Assembly: GCF_001194135.2 (NCBI RefSeq)
Contig: NC_068981.1
Coordinates: 20,968,641-21,032,640, forward strand
Direction of reading: 5' to 3'
Source: Octopus bimaculoides
Lineage: Eukaryota
DNA length: 64,000 nucleotides
In this document: piece after piece, positions 63,517 to 64,000 of the stretch
Numbering within the stretch: position 1 is the stretch's first letter
How the letters are laid out: every line of letters starts with the position of its first letter
Notes under the pieces: model-generated
What the model was told of the DNA's origin: nothing
Seen by the model: only the letters and a program-made list of their open reading frames with translations
Databases searched by the model: none
Made by a program: the position numbers and the translations under genes

Positions 63517-64000
63517 GTGTGGTGAACTCATAATAGTTCTTGTGTGAACTCAACTGCAGTTCTATTTGTTGGAGTGTATGATCATTGTACACAGTGCTGT
63601 TCTTCATGTTGCTGGTGAAACAGAATCTGAGTTGATGATTTAATAGCTGCCTTCTGTCCTTGTTAGCACATCTGCTATCTGTTGCTTCTATATCTGCTGT
63701 GAGATATGTGGTAGCACTGTCACTCTAAGCTACTCTGTCTGATCCTGGCATACTGAGTTGGGTTACATTACTCGACAATCACTGCAAACAATACCAGTTG
63801 GTAAGTTTTGTTTTTCTGTTAGTTCTTCTACTTTGGTCATTAGAGACATTTATTAATATAGCACTGTTCTGAGTCACTGATTGGTTACAAAGGTTGATGA
63901 TATAGGTTCATTTTGATGCCAGTTTGTCTAAACGAGATGGTAGACTACTTGATTGGTCCAAAAACTAATGACGTATGCCACTGGTATTTCAGGCTGTTGC

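Noticed and set aside
63737-63800. Possible plus-strand exon ending at GTTG|GTAAGT
   Set aside because: Weak acceptor and no frame that links convincingly to the 59903 exon.

Overview
AT-rich, repeat-dense animal genomic scaffold with seven N gaps and many (TA)n/(CA)n tracts. The repeat families (RTE LINE tails ending in (GAT)n, tRNA-headed SINEs, Penelope-like elements) resemble those of octopus; that assignment is an inference from repeat content only. Most of the window is decayed transposons: RTE and CR1-group LINEs, Penelope-like elements (PLE), pogo/Tigger, piggyBac, cecropia-type mariner, maT-type Tc1/mariner, hAT MITEs, Helitron and SINEs. Host-gene signal is sparse: one convincing minus-strand coding exon starting an RRM protein (19113-18850), candidate 5'UTR exons near 32.3-34 kb, a CpG-retaining region at about 33-35.5 kb, and weak plus-strand exon candidates (43.3, 48.8, 59.9 kb). 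Most notable structure: (1) at least eight hammerhead-ribozyme-like motifs in several unrelated repeat contexts, including a direct-repeat-flanked retrozyme-like unit, a 440-bp palindrome and a tRNA-headed SINE; (2) an apparent staggered-break micro-inversion (21.5-25.3 kb); (3) a piggyBac inserted at TTAA inside a pogo transposase whose frame is restored on excision; (4) a full-length Hsmar1-like mariner; (5) RTE LINEs ending in multiple C2H2 fingers. Many coordinates for decayed repeats are approximate, read by eye.
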